A stretch of DNA of 64,000 bases from Candidatus Latescibacterota bacterium. Lineage in GTDB: Bacteria > Latescibacterota > UBA2968 > UBA8231. The position numbers and the translations under genes are program-made. The stretch lies in contig CBDETK010000013.1 of the NCBI GenBank assembly GCA_965242865.1, forward strand, positions 5,312,001 through 5,376,000, given 5' to 3'. Below are positions 26,813 to 35,807 of this stretch, piece after piece. Every line of letters starts with the position of its first letter. Position 1 is the stretch's first letter. The notes beneath the pieces are model-generated. The model was given only the letters and a program-made list of their open reading frames with translations. It had not been told where the DNA came from and searched no databases.

Positions 26813-28678
26813 GTGCCCCGTACAGCCATCCCGCTGGTCCTGACGTTCCTCCTGAGCATTGATGCGGGCGGCCAGATCGAGACCGTGCGGATTGGACAGG
26901 GGGGCGACCCGTGGCAGAGCGTGGAGCTCGTGGCTGCGGGGGCGCAGGTTGCGGCCGACTCGCTGCGGCCGGCCGGCTTCACAGCCGATGAGAACATTGT
27001 GGCCGCCGTGCGCTGGACGGATGTCGGCACAGGCCCGGACGAGTTCATCCCCGAGGGCGGAGCGCGGGTGTGGGCGCGCGTTGCCGACGGTCAGCCAAAC
27101 GGCGTTCTCGTCGATGGCAACCCCAACACTTCCACTGGAGAGCGATTTCAGATTCCCGGCCAGTCTCAGGATGGCCGGATCTTCGTCTTCGATTTAGGGG
27201 CCTCGTTTCCCGTCGAGCAGATAGCCTTCTATCCCAACCCGGCCGATAGCACCGCCTTCCTGCGGGCCTACGAGGTCAAGGTCAGCGACGGGCGCTCTTT
27301 TGGCGCGGGCGAGCGGCCGATTTACGAGACCTTGGCCCGGGTCGAGATTTCCAACGAGGTTCGCACGGAGGCCGAGTTTCCACGGCAGCTCGTGCGATAC
27401 ATCCGCTTGGAAACGCTGGAACCCAATCCCTTTGACATCGCCGAGATGGAGGTGTTTGGCCGGGGGTTTGTCCCCCGCGCTCAGTACGTCTCCGACTTCA
27501 TTCGCTTTGACGGGGGAGAGCGCAACTTTGGTCGCCTGACGGTCCACGCGACCCGCGTGTCGACCGAGCCTGCCGCCGCTGCGGACGAGCCCGTGCAGGC
27601 CGTGCTCCAAGTGCGAGCGGGGCACGACACTTCGCCCGAATCCTATTTTCAGATCGATCTCGAAACCGGCAGTGAGACCGAGATCGCAGAGGAGGCGTAC
27701 CAAAACCTCATCGACCGCGAGCGCACGACCCGATACGATGCCGCAAACTGGAGTGCGTGGTCCAATCCGGTGGCGATCGATTCGACCGGCTCCTACGAGA
27801 TCAGCCTCGACTTTCTGCCGATGCCGAGGCCCTTCTTCCAGTTCCGATTTTTCTTTGAGGGCACTGCGACCGACGTGATCCGAATCGATGCGCTGGAGTT
27901 CACCCACTCGGCGCCCCTCGCTCAAGCGACAAGAGCCGAGGTCGCCCTCGTCGGCGATCCCTTCCCCCAGACCGGCGTGGCCACCGTCGCTACCGGGCAG
28001 CCCGCGACCTTTGAGTACGCCTTGGCGGCGGAGTTGTCCGGCGACGAGGGATTCGATGGGTTGCGGATCGCAACGCTGGGGACTGCTCAGTTGGAATCGG
28101 TGTTGATCGGCCAAGAACGCGAGCCAGTGGTCGTCGATAGCGTCGCTTTTGACGAGCAGGGCCTGTCGTTCTTCTTCCCGAGCCGCCGGATCACGGCCGC
28201 GAGCAACGCCACGCTCTTTGTGCGGTTTACAGCAACGCCCCTGCGCTACACGACCCTGTTCCAAGGTTGGCTCCTAGATTCAGCGGGTGCGGTTCCGCAG
28301 CGGGTGGCACCCGGGGATGCCACCAATCTGCTCGGCACAAATTCCGTGGTCGTCTTTGGTTCGCTGGGCGCCCCCCTGAGCCGATTCACTCTGGGGGCTG
28401 GGGTCGTGACGCCCAATGGGGATGGGCGGAACGACGACTTGGTGCTGCAGTACGACCTCGTATTTCTCATCGAACCAGCGCGCGTAGGCATTACCATGCA
28501 CGATCTAGCGGGTCGGCTCGTTCACACCTTTCTGCAGGAGGAGCAGGCGGCAGGCAGCTACCTAGCGCGATGGAGCAAATCCCACAACCTGCCGCCGGGG
28601 CACTACATCGTCCGCCTGCGCGTCGAAACGCAGGCCGAGACGGTTGAACGCCTCCGAATCGTGGCGGTGTCCTACTGA
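26813..28678 (+). CDS. Secreted discoidin-like/FlgD protein (paralog 2, subtype B)
   Basis: Signal peptide, VDGNPNTS, FDLG, VFGRGF..YVSD..NFG, NWSAWS, TPNGDGRND, ends VAVSY. Confidence 0.8.
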   Translation: MPRTAIPLVLTFLLSIDAGGQIETVRIGQGGDPWQSVELVAAGAQVAADSLRPAGFTADENIVAAVRWTDVGTGPDEFIPEGGARVWARVADGQPNGVLVDGNPNTSTGERFQIPGQSQDGRIFVFDLGASFPVEQIAFYPNPADSTAFLRAYEVKVSDGRSFGAGERPIYETLARVEISNEVRTEAEFPRQLVRYIRLETLEPNPFDIAEMEVFGRGFVPRAQYVSDFIRFDGGERNFGRLTVHATRVSTEPAAAADEPVQAVLQVRAGHDTSPESYFQIDLETGSETEIAEEAYQNLIDRERTTRYDAANWSAWSNPVAIDSTGSYEISLDFLPMPRPFFQFRFFFEGTATDVIRIDALEFTHSAPLAQATRAEVALVGDPFPQTGVATVATGQPATFEYALAAELSGDEGFDGLRIATLGTAQLESVLIGQEREPVVVDSVAFDEQGLSFFFPSRRITAASNATLFVRFTATPLRYTTLFQGWLLDSAGAVPQRVAPGDATNLLGTNSVVVFGSLGAPLSRFTLGAGVVTPNGDGRNDDLVLQYDLVFLIEPARVGITMHDLAGRLVHTFLQEEQAAGSYLARWSKSHNLPPGHYIVRLRVETQAETVERLRIVAVSY

Positions 28679-28697
28679 GCGCGGGCAAGGGGAGAGT

Positions 28698-30767
28698 ATG
28701 CACACGCGCACCATGCTTATCGCAGGGTTCCTGCTGGTCGCGACCGCTGTTGCGGCCTACGGTCAGCGCCGCGTCGTGCAAATCGGCGGGGCGGCCGGGG
28801 ATTTCTCGTGGTCCGAGGTGCGCCAAGAGGGCGTCGCCCTCGACGACACGACCGCTCCGGGTGCATTGCAGCCCAGAGAGCTGCGGCCCTGGGAAAACGT
28901 CATGGTCGGACCCGGGCTTTTCGCCAACATATTCGGCCTGGCTTGGGCCGAAGGACAGACTACGGGCAAAGCCTTTGGTTTCGCGGCCGGCGTTGACCCG
29001 CGGTTCTGGCACGGTGGGTACAGCCGCGAGGAGGCCGTGATCATCGACGGCGATCCCGAGACGGCGATTTCGCTGCGTCAGCTCATCGGCGAGGGGCCGG
29101 TCGAAGTCTTCAACCAAGTTCTGCGCCTGCAGGAAGAGGTTTGGACCTTTGACTTGGTCTTGGAGACGCCGATCAACCGAATTTTGTTCTTCCCGCGGCA
29201 ATCGGGCGTTGACAAGCGCGGCATCCCCAACAAGCAGGGATCGCCGCGGGCCTATCGCCTTTCCATCCAGAATGAGGCAGAGGAATTCCTGCTCGAAGGC
29301 TCTGAGCCGATTCCCAAGCGGACGCTCGCCACCGTCATCGAGGAAACCAAGTCCAACACCAAAAGCCAAGTCGATGTCAGCTTTCCGCTGCAACCGGCCC
29401 GATTCATCCGCCTCGACCTGAGTTTGGCGGACCAGTTCTACAGCATGGCCGAATTCCAAGTCTATGGCGAGGGCGTCCCAACCAACGTGCGCTATGTTTC
29501 CACCGCCATTCCCCTCGGCGAGCCGGTCAATTTCGGCGAGATTACCTATTCCTTCCGCCCGCTTCGGCGCGACCAGGCAGCGGACGCGCTCATCGGCGAT
29601 CCCGAAGGGGCCGCCCGGCTGCTCCTCGAAGTGCGCTCCGGCATCGACGAAACGCCCCGGGCGTACTACGTCGTAGATGACTTCGGGCGCGACCGGGAAG
29701 TGACGCAGACGGAATGGCAGCGCGCCGCGCTGCCCCGGCGGGAGAGTCTCGCCGTCCGCTATCCCAATCAGCGCAGCGTCGTCCTCGACGACGAGACCAA
29801 CTGGTCGCCGTGGTCTTCGCCCTATCGCTCGTCCGGTCAGTTGAACCGCTCCCCGGATGGGCGGCCGTATTTGCAGTTTCGGGCGACGTTCCTGACCGAC
29901 GATGTGCTGTCCATCGGTCGGCTCGATTCACTCCGGTTCGAGGTCTCGCCCTTGCTCGCCTCGGCACTCGTCGGCGAGGTTTCCCTCGCGGAGGCGCAGC
30001 CGACGGCCCGGACGACCGAGGCGCAGCCGGCGGAATTCCCCATCGGCGAGCGCCGTTGGTTGCACTTCGACATCGCGGCCGACTTTGCCAGCGATTCACA
30101 GGGATTTGATGCGGTGCGATTGACGGTGCCTTTTGGCACTCGCTTTGCGGGGCTGAAGATGGGCGATGGGGACCTCGTCTCGGTGACGCCCGACAGCGTG
30201 TGGCCCGAGGACGGAATCGCTCGCGATGGCCAGCTTTTCATCTCCTTTGCCGCCAACCGGGTGTCGCGCACTCAGGATCGCCCGGTCCGCGTCGAGCTCG
30301 AATCCTCCCTCTTTACCTCTTCCACGATCTTCGCGGCCGAGGTCATCGACGCTGCCAGCGACAACCTGCCCCAGTCGGTGAACGGGGGGAACGCGCGAGA
30401 CGAGGTCGCCACAAACAGCCTACAGGTCTTCTCGGACGATGCGCGGACGACCGTGCTTGATGGGGTCCGCTTGGCCCCGCCGGTGCTGACGCCGAATGGG
30501 GACCGGGTGAACGACGAAATCCGCGTCGAGTTCAGCGTCCTGTTCGTGGACGAAGCCGAGGTGACCGTACAGATCTACGATGTTGCCGGGCGCTATGTGG
30601 CGGTTCTGCCGGCGGCAAACCGGGGGCGATCGGCCCAGCAGGTGTCGTGGGACGGGCGCGACGACGACCGCAACTTGGTTCCGCCCGGCCTGTATCTGCT
30701 GCAGATCGAAGTGCATACCCAAAGGGAAACCGCCCGGCGCCTGCTAACCGTGCCCGTCGTTTACTAA
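28698..30767 (+). CDS. Secreted discoidin-like/FlgD protein (paralog 3, subtype B)
   Basis: RBS GGAG, signal peptide, IDGDPET, VYGEG..YVS..NFG, NWSPWS, TPNGDRVND..WDGRD..PGLY, ends VPVVY. Confidence 0.8.
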   Translation: MHTRTMLIAGFLLVATAVAAYGQRRVVQIGGAAGDFSWSEVRQEGVALDDTTAPGALQPRELRPWENVMVGPGLFANIFGLAWAEGQTTGKAFGFAAGVDPRFWHGGYSREEAVIIDGDPETAISLRQLIGEGPVEVFNQVLRLQEEVWTFDLVLETPINRILFFPRQSGVDKRGIPNKQGSPRAYRLSIQNEAEEFLLEGSEPIPKRTLATVIEETKSNTKSQVDVSFPLQPARFIRLDLSLADQFYSMAEFQVYGEGVPTNVRYVSTAIPLGEPVNFGEITYSFRPLRRDQAADALIGDPEGAARLLLEVRSGIDETPRAYYVVDDFGRDREVTQTEWQRAALPRRESLAVRYPNQRSVVLDDETNWSPWSSPYRSSGQLNRSPDGRPYLQFRATFLTDDVLSIGRLDSLRFEVSPLLASALVGEVSLAEAQPTARTTEAQPAEFPIGERRWLHFDIAADFASDSQGFDAVRLTVPFGTRFAGLKMGDGDLVSVTPDSVWPEDGIARDGQLFISFAANRVSRTQDRPVRVELESSLFTSSTIFAAEVIDAASDNLPQSVNGGNARDEVATNSLQVFSDDARTTVLDGVRLAPPVLTPNGDRVNDEIRVEFSVLFVDEAEVTVQIYDVAGRYVAVLPAANRGRSAQQVSWDGRDDDRNLVPPGLYLLQIEVHTQRETARRLLTVPVVY

Positions 30768-30778
30768 GGACCAATGCT

Positions 30779-33118
30779 ATGAAGAAAACGATCTGTAGTG
30801 CCCTAGCCGCGTGGCTGCTTTCTGAGCCGGCCGTGGCCGATGAGTTGCGCTTTGAGCGGCTCAGCGACTGGCGGCAGTGGACCAGCCCGACCGGGGCCAT
30901 TCAGTTGCGGCAAGACGGAAAAGTCGAGTTGGGGTGGTACGGAATGGACACCGATCCAATGGACGACATGGCGCTGTTTTCGCATCCCACCCGGAAAAGT
31001 GGCGAAGTCTTTGGGGGGCTGACGGCCCAGTCGAACGACCGCGACGCCCGCTTTCTCGCCGATAACGACCGCACCACGTGGTGGCAGCCCGCCGCCGGGG
31101 CCGATCCCGACAATGCTTGGCTCCACATTGACTTGGGACGCGTCGTCCTGCTCAAGGAGATCCGCTTAGTCTTTCCAGACACGCTCGGCCTGCGCCCCTT
31201 CCGCGATTTTTCGGTTTTTGTCAGCGAAGGCTCCACCGTGTCTTCGTCTGCGGATGTCTGGCGATTCCAGCGCGTCTTTACGACCGCCGAGCCCAATGAA
31301 TTGGGCGAGATCGTCATTCCCCTGTCGATTGAAGATTTCGGCACCATTGCGACCGGCGAAAATCTGATGACCGGCAAGACGCTGGACTTCATGCCCGTCC
31401 ACTACGTCCGCTTCCTCCCCCACGAGGTCGGAGAAGGCGCGGCACTAGCCGAGATCGAGCTAACCGCGGTCGGCGAGAATATCGCCTTGACGACCTTTGA
31501 GCGCGGGGGGACGATTCGCTCGGGGCTCAAAAAAGTGGAAGAAATCCGCGATGGCACCGTGGACAATGCTTGGCCCGTGATTTCCAATACGCTCAATCGC
31601 TTCTGGCAGGATGGCGGGATGTGGTTTGAGTGGGATTTGGGGGCCCTCTTCCACGTCAGCCGGATCGTGTTCTACCAGTGGCCGCCCGATCAGCTCGGTC
31701 GGACGACCTTTGGCATCGGCGGAACCAACACCGGCTACAACTTGGAGATGACAGACGGGACGCCGATCGCCCGGGACGATCCATTCCGCAGCCCATTCGA
31801 CTACACGCGCGTTTCGCTGGTTGACAACAGCCGGGCCCCGGGACGCTACGTCTTTGACCACCCGCTCGCCGATCGGGTCGGCCGCTATTTGTTCTGGAAC
31901 CACCGGGACCTCGAGGACCGCAGAGTTGGATACATCATGCTCGAAGTATTCATCTATTCGGCGGGCTACCCGGCCCAAGCGGCCTTGACCTCGGACTTCA
32001 TCGATCTCGGGGGGGCCAAGAGCATCACGGGGATCTCGTGGGATGCCGACACCCCGCCGGGGACCCGAATCACCGTGCAGACCCGCACCGGCAATGAGCT
32101 CGACGCGGAGCAGTTCTTCTTCAAAAAGAACGGGGAGCCAATCACCGAGGCGCAGTTCAACAAGCTGCCCAAAGTGGTTCGCGGCGAGATCGTCGAAGTG
32201 CCCAAGGAGGGGGCGGACTGGAGCGGGTGGAGCGAACCCCACCTTTCGCCGGGCCAGCCCTTTCGGTCGCCGACCCCTAGACAACTGTTGCGCATGCGGG
32301 TGGGGCTGGAGACCGACGATCCCGAAATCACGCCGGTCCTCAACTCGGTGACGCTTCACTTTGACGAAGCACTGGTGCAAAAGGGCGTTGAGGCCGCGAT
32401 CTATCCCCGGGAGGCGACCGCTGGCCAGTGGCAGGACTTTCGCTACGTGCTGCAACCCACCTTCACGGCCCGAGACCGAGGCTTCGATCGCGTGCTTCTG
32501 CCCGTGCCCGGGCGCGTGCAGAAGGTATCGCTCCGGGTCAATGGCGCGGCGGTTGAAGGCGCGATCGAGTCCACCGCGGACACGCTCGTCATCGCCCTGC
32601 CCCGACGGGTGCTGCGAGACTCAGTGGAGGTGATGTTCACGGCGCGTCCCCTGAACAATCCCACGCGCTTCCTCGCGGCCGTGGCCAACTCGGCGCAACC
32701 GGATAATCTGCAAGAGGTGCGGCCCCCCGAGGTCGACGACGACGGGGACGGCCAATTCGATCGCACGGACCGGGAGGCCCTGTTCGTCTTCTTGCCCAAC
32801 ACAGCTAGCGGCGGGACCATTCGCAACCTCGTGGTATCGAGCCGCGTCATCACGCCCAATGGCGACGCGGTCAACGACCAGTTGCGCCTTACCTTCGATC
32901 TATTTCGCACCAAGGTTGCCGCTGAGTTGCAGCTCTACAATCTAGCGGGGCGGTTGCTGCGGGTCGTATCCGGCCAAGCGGGGGAGACGCAAGAGCTCGT
33001 GTGGGATGGGAGGGTCGACGACCGGCCGGCGGCCCCCGGACTGTACGTCTGCCGCGTAGCGGTGCCGGCCGATGCCGGGCCGGAGAGCAAAACCCTGCTG
33101 GTCAGTGTAGCGTACTAG
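30779..33118 (+). CDS. Secreted discoidin-like/FlgD protein (paralog 4, subtype A)
   Basis: Signal peptide MKKTICSALAAW, WLHIDLG, FIDLGG..RTGN..WSGWS, TPNGDAVND, ends VSVAY. Confidence 0.8.
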   Translation: MKKTICSALAAWLLSEPAVADELRFERLSDWRQWTSPTGAIQLRQDGKVELGWYGMDTDPMDDMALFSHPTRKSGEVFGGLTAQSNDRDARFLADNDRTTWWQPAAGADPDNAWLHIDLGRVVLLKEIRLVFPDTLGLRPFRDFSVFVSEGSTVSSSADVWRFQRVFTTAEPNELGEIVIPLSIEDFGTIATGENLMTGKTLDFMPVHYVRFLPHEVGEGAALAEIELTAVGENIALTTFERGGTIRSGLKKVEEIRDGTVDNAWPVISNTLNRFWQDGGMWFEWDLGALFHVSRIVFYQWPPDQLGRTTFGIGGTNTGYNLEMTDGTPIARDDPFRSPFDYTRVSLVDNSRAPGRYVFDHPLADRVGRYLFWNHRDLEDRRVGYIMLEVFIYSAGYPAQAALTSDFIDLGGAKSITGISWDADTPPGTRITVQTRTGNELDAEQFFFKKNGEPITEAQFNKLPKVVRGEIVEVPKEGADWSGWSEPHLSPGQPFRSPTPRQLLRMRVGLETDDPEITPVLNSVTLHFDEALVQKGVEAAIYPREATAGQWQDFRYVLQPTFTARDRGFDRVLLPVPGRVQKVSLRVNGAAVEGAIESTADTLVIALPRRVLRDSVEVMFTARPLNNPTRFLAAVANSAQPDNLQEVRPPEVDDDGDGQFDRTDREALFVFLPNTASGGTIRNLVVSSRVITPNGDAVNDQLRLTFDLFRTKVAAELQLYNLAGRLLRVVSGQAGETQELVWDGRVDDRPAAPGLYVCRVAVPADAGPESKTLLVSVAY

Positions 33119-33131
33119 CCTACTAGGAAGG

Positions 33132-35807
33132 TTGATCTTAATGACGATACGTGGTGGTAAATCAACGCGGGCGAGCGGGACAGTCGGCGTCATCCTAGCC
33201 GTCCTGCTCCTCCAGGGGACGCCGAGCCGAGCTGTCGAAGTCGGTCTGTTCAATCCTTACCTCACGGAAGGAGCCCGAATCAGCCCTGAGACCCTAATTC
33301 CAACGCTGCGGAAGTGGTATCTGCCCCAAGCGCTCTACTCGCTGTACGGCTGGCAGGGGAGCGCGTACACCAACTACGCTCGGGACCAGTACCGGCGCTA
33401 CGTGCGCACCGAGCTCGAAGGCGACCGCTACTACGACCTCTACGGCAATTACTTCACTAAGGGCTGGAACATCTACAACTTCACCAATGAGTATCCGCGG
33501 GATTTCGGCAGTGGCATCTGGAAAGACCCCAACTTCAGCCAGTGGTTCAATCGCCTCATCGTAGTCTCCGGGGCCAAGGGACAGTTCCACACCTCCCTGA
33601 CCATTGGCGAGGGCATTCGCACCACCATGACGCCGCTGACCTTTTCCAAGCCCCTTTTCGACGGTTTGCAGTGGGACTTTCAGACCGATAAATACGGCGT
33701 AAGCGTCTTGGCGGCGCGGGCCGATTCGCCCGGGCGCGTGGCCGTCGCGGTCGACCAAGGCGCGGCGCGGCAAACGACCTTCACCCAGTTACTCGGCCTG
33801 AACGCAAGCATGGCGGTCGGCGATTTCGCCACGTTGGGGGGAAGGTACATGACGACCTTTCACCAGAACTCGACCCTCTCCCTCGACGAAAATTCGCTGC
33901 GCGGCGTCCTCGGCGGTCGCCTAAATGCGGGAAACGTCCAGCGGCTGATCGTGCGCCTGTCCGACGATTCCCCAGAAGATGGCGTCGGCGGCGCATTGCT
34001 GCTGCGCGAGCAGATCTTCATCGATGGCGTCGAGCATCCCGAGATCGACCCGATCATCGAAGGGGGGGTCGCGCGCGAGGGCCTGCTAGAGGCCAGTGGT
34101 TCCAACACGGTCACCTTAACCTATAACATCGAGACCGACTTCCGGCCGGGTCCCGAGGAGGAAATCACTGATTTCCGCGAGATCGAGCGAATTGAGGTGG
34201 GGTTGGTCGTGGCCAACGATTACCTCGTAGAAGTCGCGTCCAACCTGCAAACCAACGCGACGCTGGAGCCGGCCTTTCTGCCCGTCGCCCAAGCGCAGGG
34301 CAACGTCACCGATGCTTCCAACCAGCGCTTCATTCGCTTTCAGTACGGAATTCCTTCGAGCAACGAGTTGCGGGGGGTGAATCTGGCGATCAGCGATGTG
34401 AGAGGCTTCAATCTCCGCTCCGAGTACGTGAGCAATCGCCGCAACCGGCGGTTCCCCAACCAGACCATCCGCAGCAATCAGGCCCTGGCGCACGACGAGT
34501 CCGAGGCGTACTACGCTACGGCCTCGCAAATCGCGTACCCCTTCTTTGGATACGGGGAGGTCTTCAGCGTCGAGCCGGGGTATTCGACGTCGATGTTCAT
34601 CCCCGACTCGCAGGGCTTTGTCGATTACGAGAACGAGGAAAACTATCTCTACGAGCTCGTGGACGACAACGACGACCAAGATCGCTTCCCGGACTGGGTG
34701 CGCCGGAGCGCGAATTTGAGTGCCCTGTTTCCAAACCAGAATCAGTTCCCCGATCGGGAGGTGTTTCCCGGGCTCGACGAGAACCAAGACTTCATCTCCG
34801 ACTTCAATCAGAACCAGAACAACCAGCCCGATTACAGCGAGCCGTTCTTCCGCTACCACGTCGATCCGCCCGAATTCCTGTTCGGCACGGACATGAACAA
34901 CAACACCGTCATCGATCGGTTTGAGAACGACACGGAACCGGATTACCCGTACAAGCGGGACCGCAAGGGCTACAACTTCTACGTCGGGGTCGAGCTGATG
35001 CCGAACAGTCGCCTCATGGTCGGGCGCTCGCGGACGGAACAGCATTCCAGCAATCGCCGGGCGGCCTCCACCTACGGGCTGTTGACGCTCAAGAAGGAAT
35101 ATCCGCAGCGCAGTCTGTCGATCCAGCTAATGGAGTTCGCTCGCGCTGTCCAAGACGACATCCCCGACCATCTCATCCAGTGGGAGCAGCCGACGTTCTC
35201 CGCCGGTACGCTGCGGGATTTCAGCGATCCATTGATCGCGCAGAACACCTTCATCAACACCCTCTACCTGCAGGTAGATTGGGAACCGTTCGTCACCACG
35301 CAGACCAAGCTCAAGTACGACGCTTATAATCAGCGGGGGGAGGCAGCGCAGGGAACGCGGGACGAGACGTTCTTGGGCCTAATCAACAAGGCCGATCGCC
35401 AATTTTGGGCAACGCCGACGGTGCTCGTGTGGCCCCAGTGGAAGCAGCGGTTTTCTGCTCGCACGCCGACCGACCCGCGCGAGCGCAGTACGCGCGACCT
35501 AGCCGAACTCTTCTTCTTGCTCGTCAGCTATCGCATCTCCCCCAAGCTGACGCTCGGCTTTGGCACCGAGTACGAGCTTTTTAACAACCTCAAGAGCCGT
35601 CCACAGGGGGGGGCGGTTGACTACCAAGACGACTTCAGCCGCTTGACTTTGGCATCCCAGTTCTCCAATCAGGCGGCTTATCTGGGCTACGAGCTAACCG
35701 CGAACATCGGCATCCGGTGGACGCAACGCAGCGTGCGCGGAGCCGATGCCGACACGAACACGATGATCTTCGTAGATGTGTTTGCGGGGCTTGGAACCGG
35801 CCAGTGA
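33132..35807 (+). CDS. Large exported hypothetical protein, probable outer-membrane beta-barrel with Asp/Asn-rich Ca-binding-like insert
   Basis: Signal peptide, alternating aromatic strand patterns in the C-terminal third, and DDNDDQD, DENQD, DMNNN motifs. The CDS is secure; the fold is inferred. Confidence 0.7.
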   Translation: MILMTIRGGKSTRASGTVGVILAVLLLQGTPSRAVEVGLFNPYLTEGARISPETLIPTLRKWYLPQALYSLYGWQGSAYTNYARDQYRRYVRTELEGDRYYDLYGNYFTKGWNIYNFTNEYPRDFGSGIWKDPNFSQWFNRLIVVSGAKGQFHTSLTIGEGIRTTMTPLTFSKPLFDGLQWDFQTDKYGVSVLAARADSPGRVAVAVDQGAARQTTFTQLLGLNASMAVGDFATLGGRYMTTFHQNSTLSLDENSLRGVLGGRLNAGNVQRLIVRLSDDSPEDGVGGALLLREQIFIDGVEHPEIDPIIEGGVAREGLLEASGSNTVTLTYNIETDFRPGPEEEITDFREIERIEVGLVVANDYLVEVASNLQTNATLEPAFLPVAQAQGNVTDASNQRFIRFQYGIPSSNELRGVNLAISDVRGFNLRSEYVSNRRNRRFPNQTIRSNQALAHDESEAYYATASQIAYPFFGYGEVFSVEPGYSTSMFIPDSQGFVDYENEENYLYELVDDNDDQDRFPDWVRRSANLSALFPNQNQFPDREVFPGLDENQDFISDFNQNQNNQPDYSEPFFRYHVDPPEFLFGTDMNNNTVIDRFENDTEPDYPYKRDRKGYNFYVGVELMPNSRLMVGRSRTEQHSSNRRAASTYGLLTLKKEYPQRSLSIQLMEFARAVQDDIPDHLIQWEQPTFSAGTLRDFSDPLIAQNTFINTLYLQVDWEPFVTTQTKLKYDAYNQRGEAAQGTRDETFLGLINKADRQFWATPTVLVWPQWKQRFSARTPTDPRERSTRDLAELFFLLVSYRISPKLTLGFGTEYELFNNLKSRPQGGAVDYQDDFSRLTLASQFSNQAAYLGYELTANIGIRWTQRSVRGADADTNTMIFVDVFAGLGTGQ

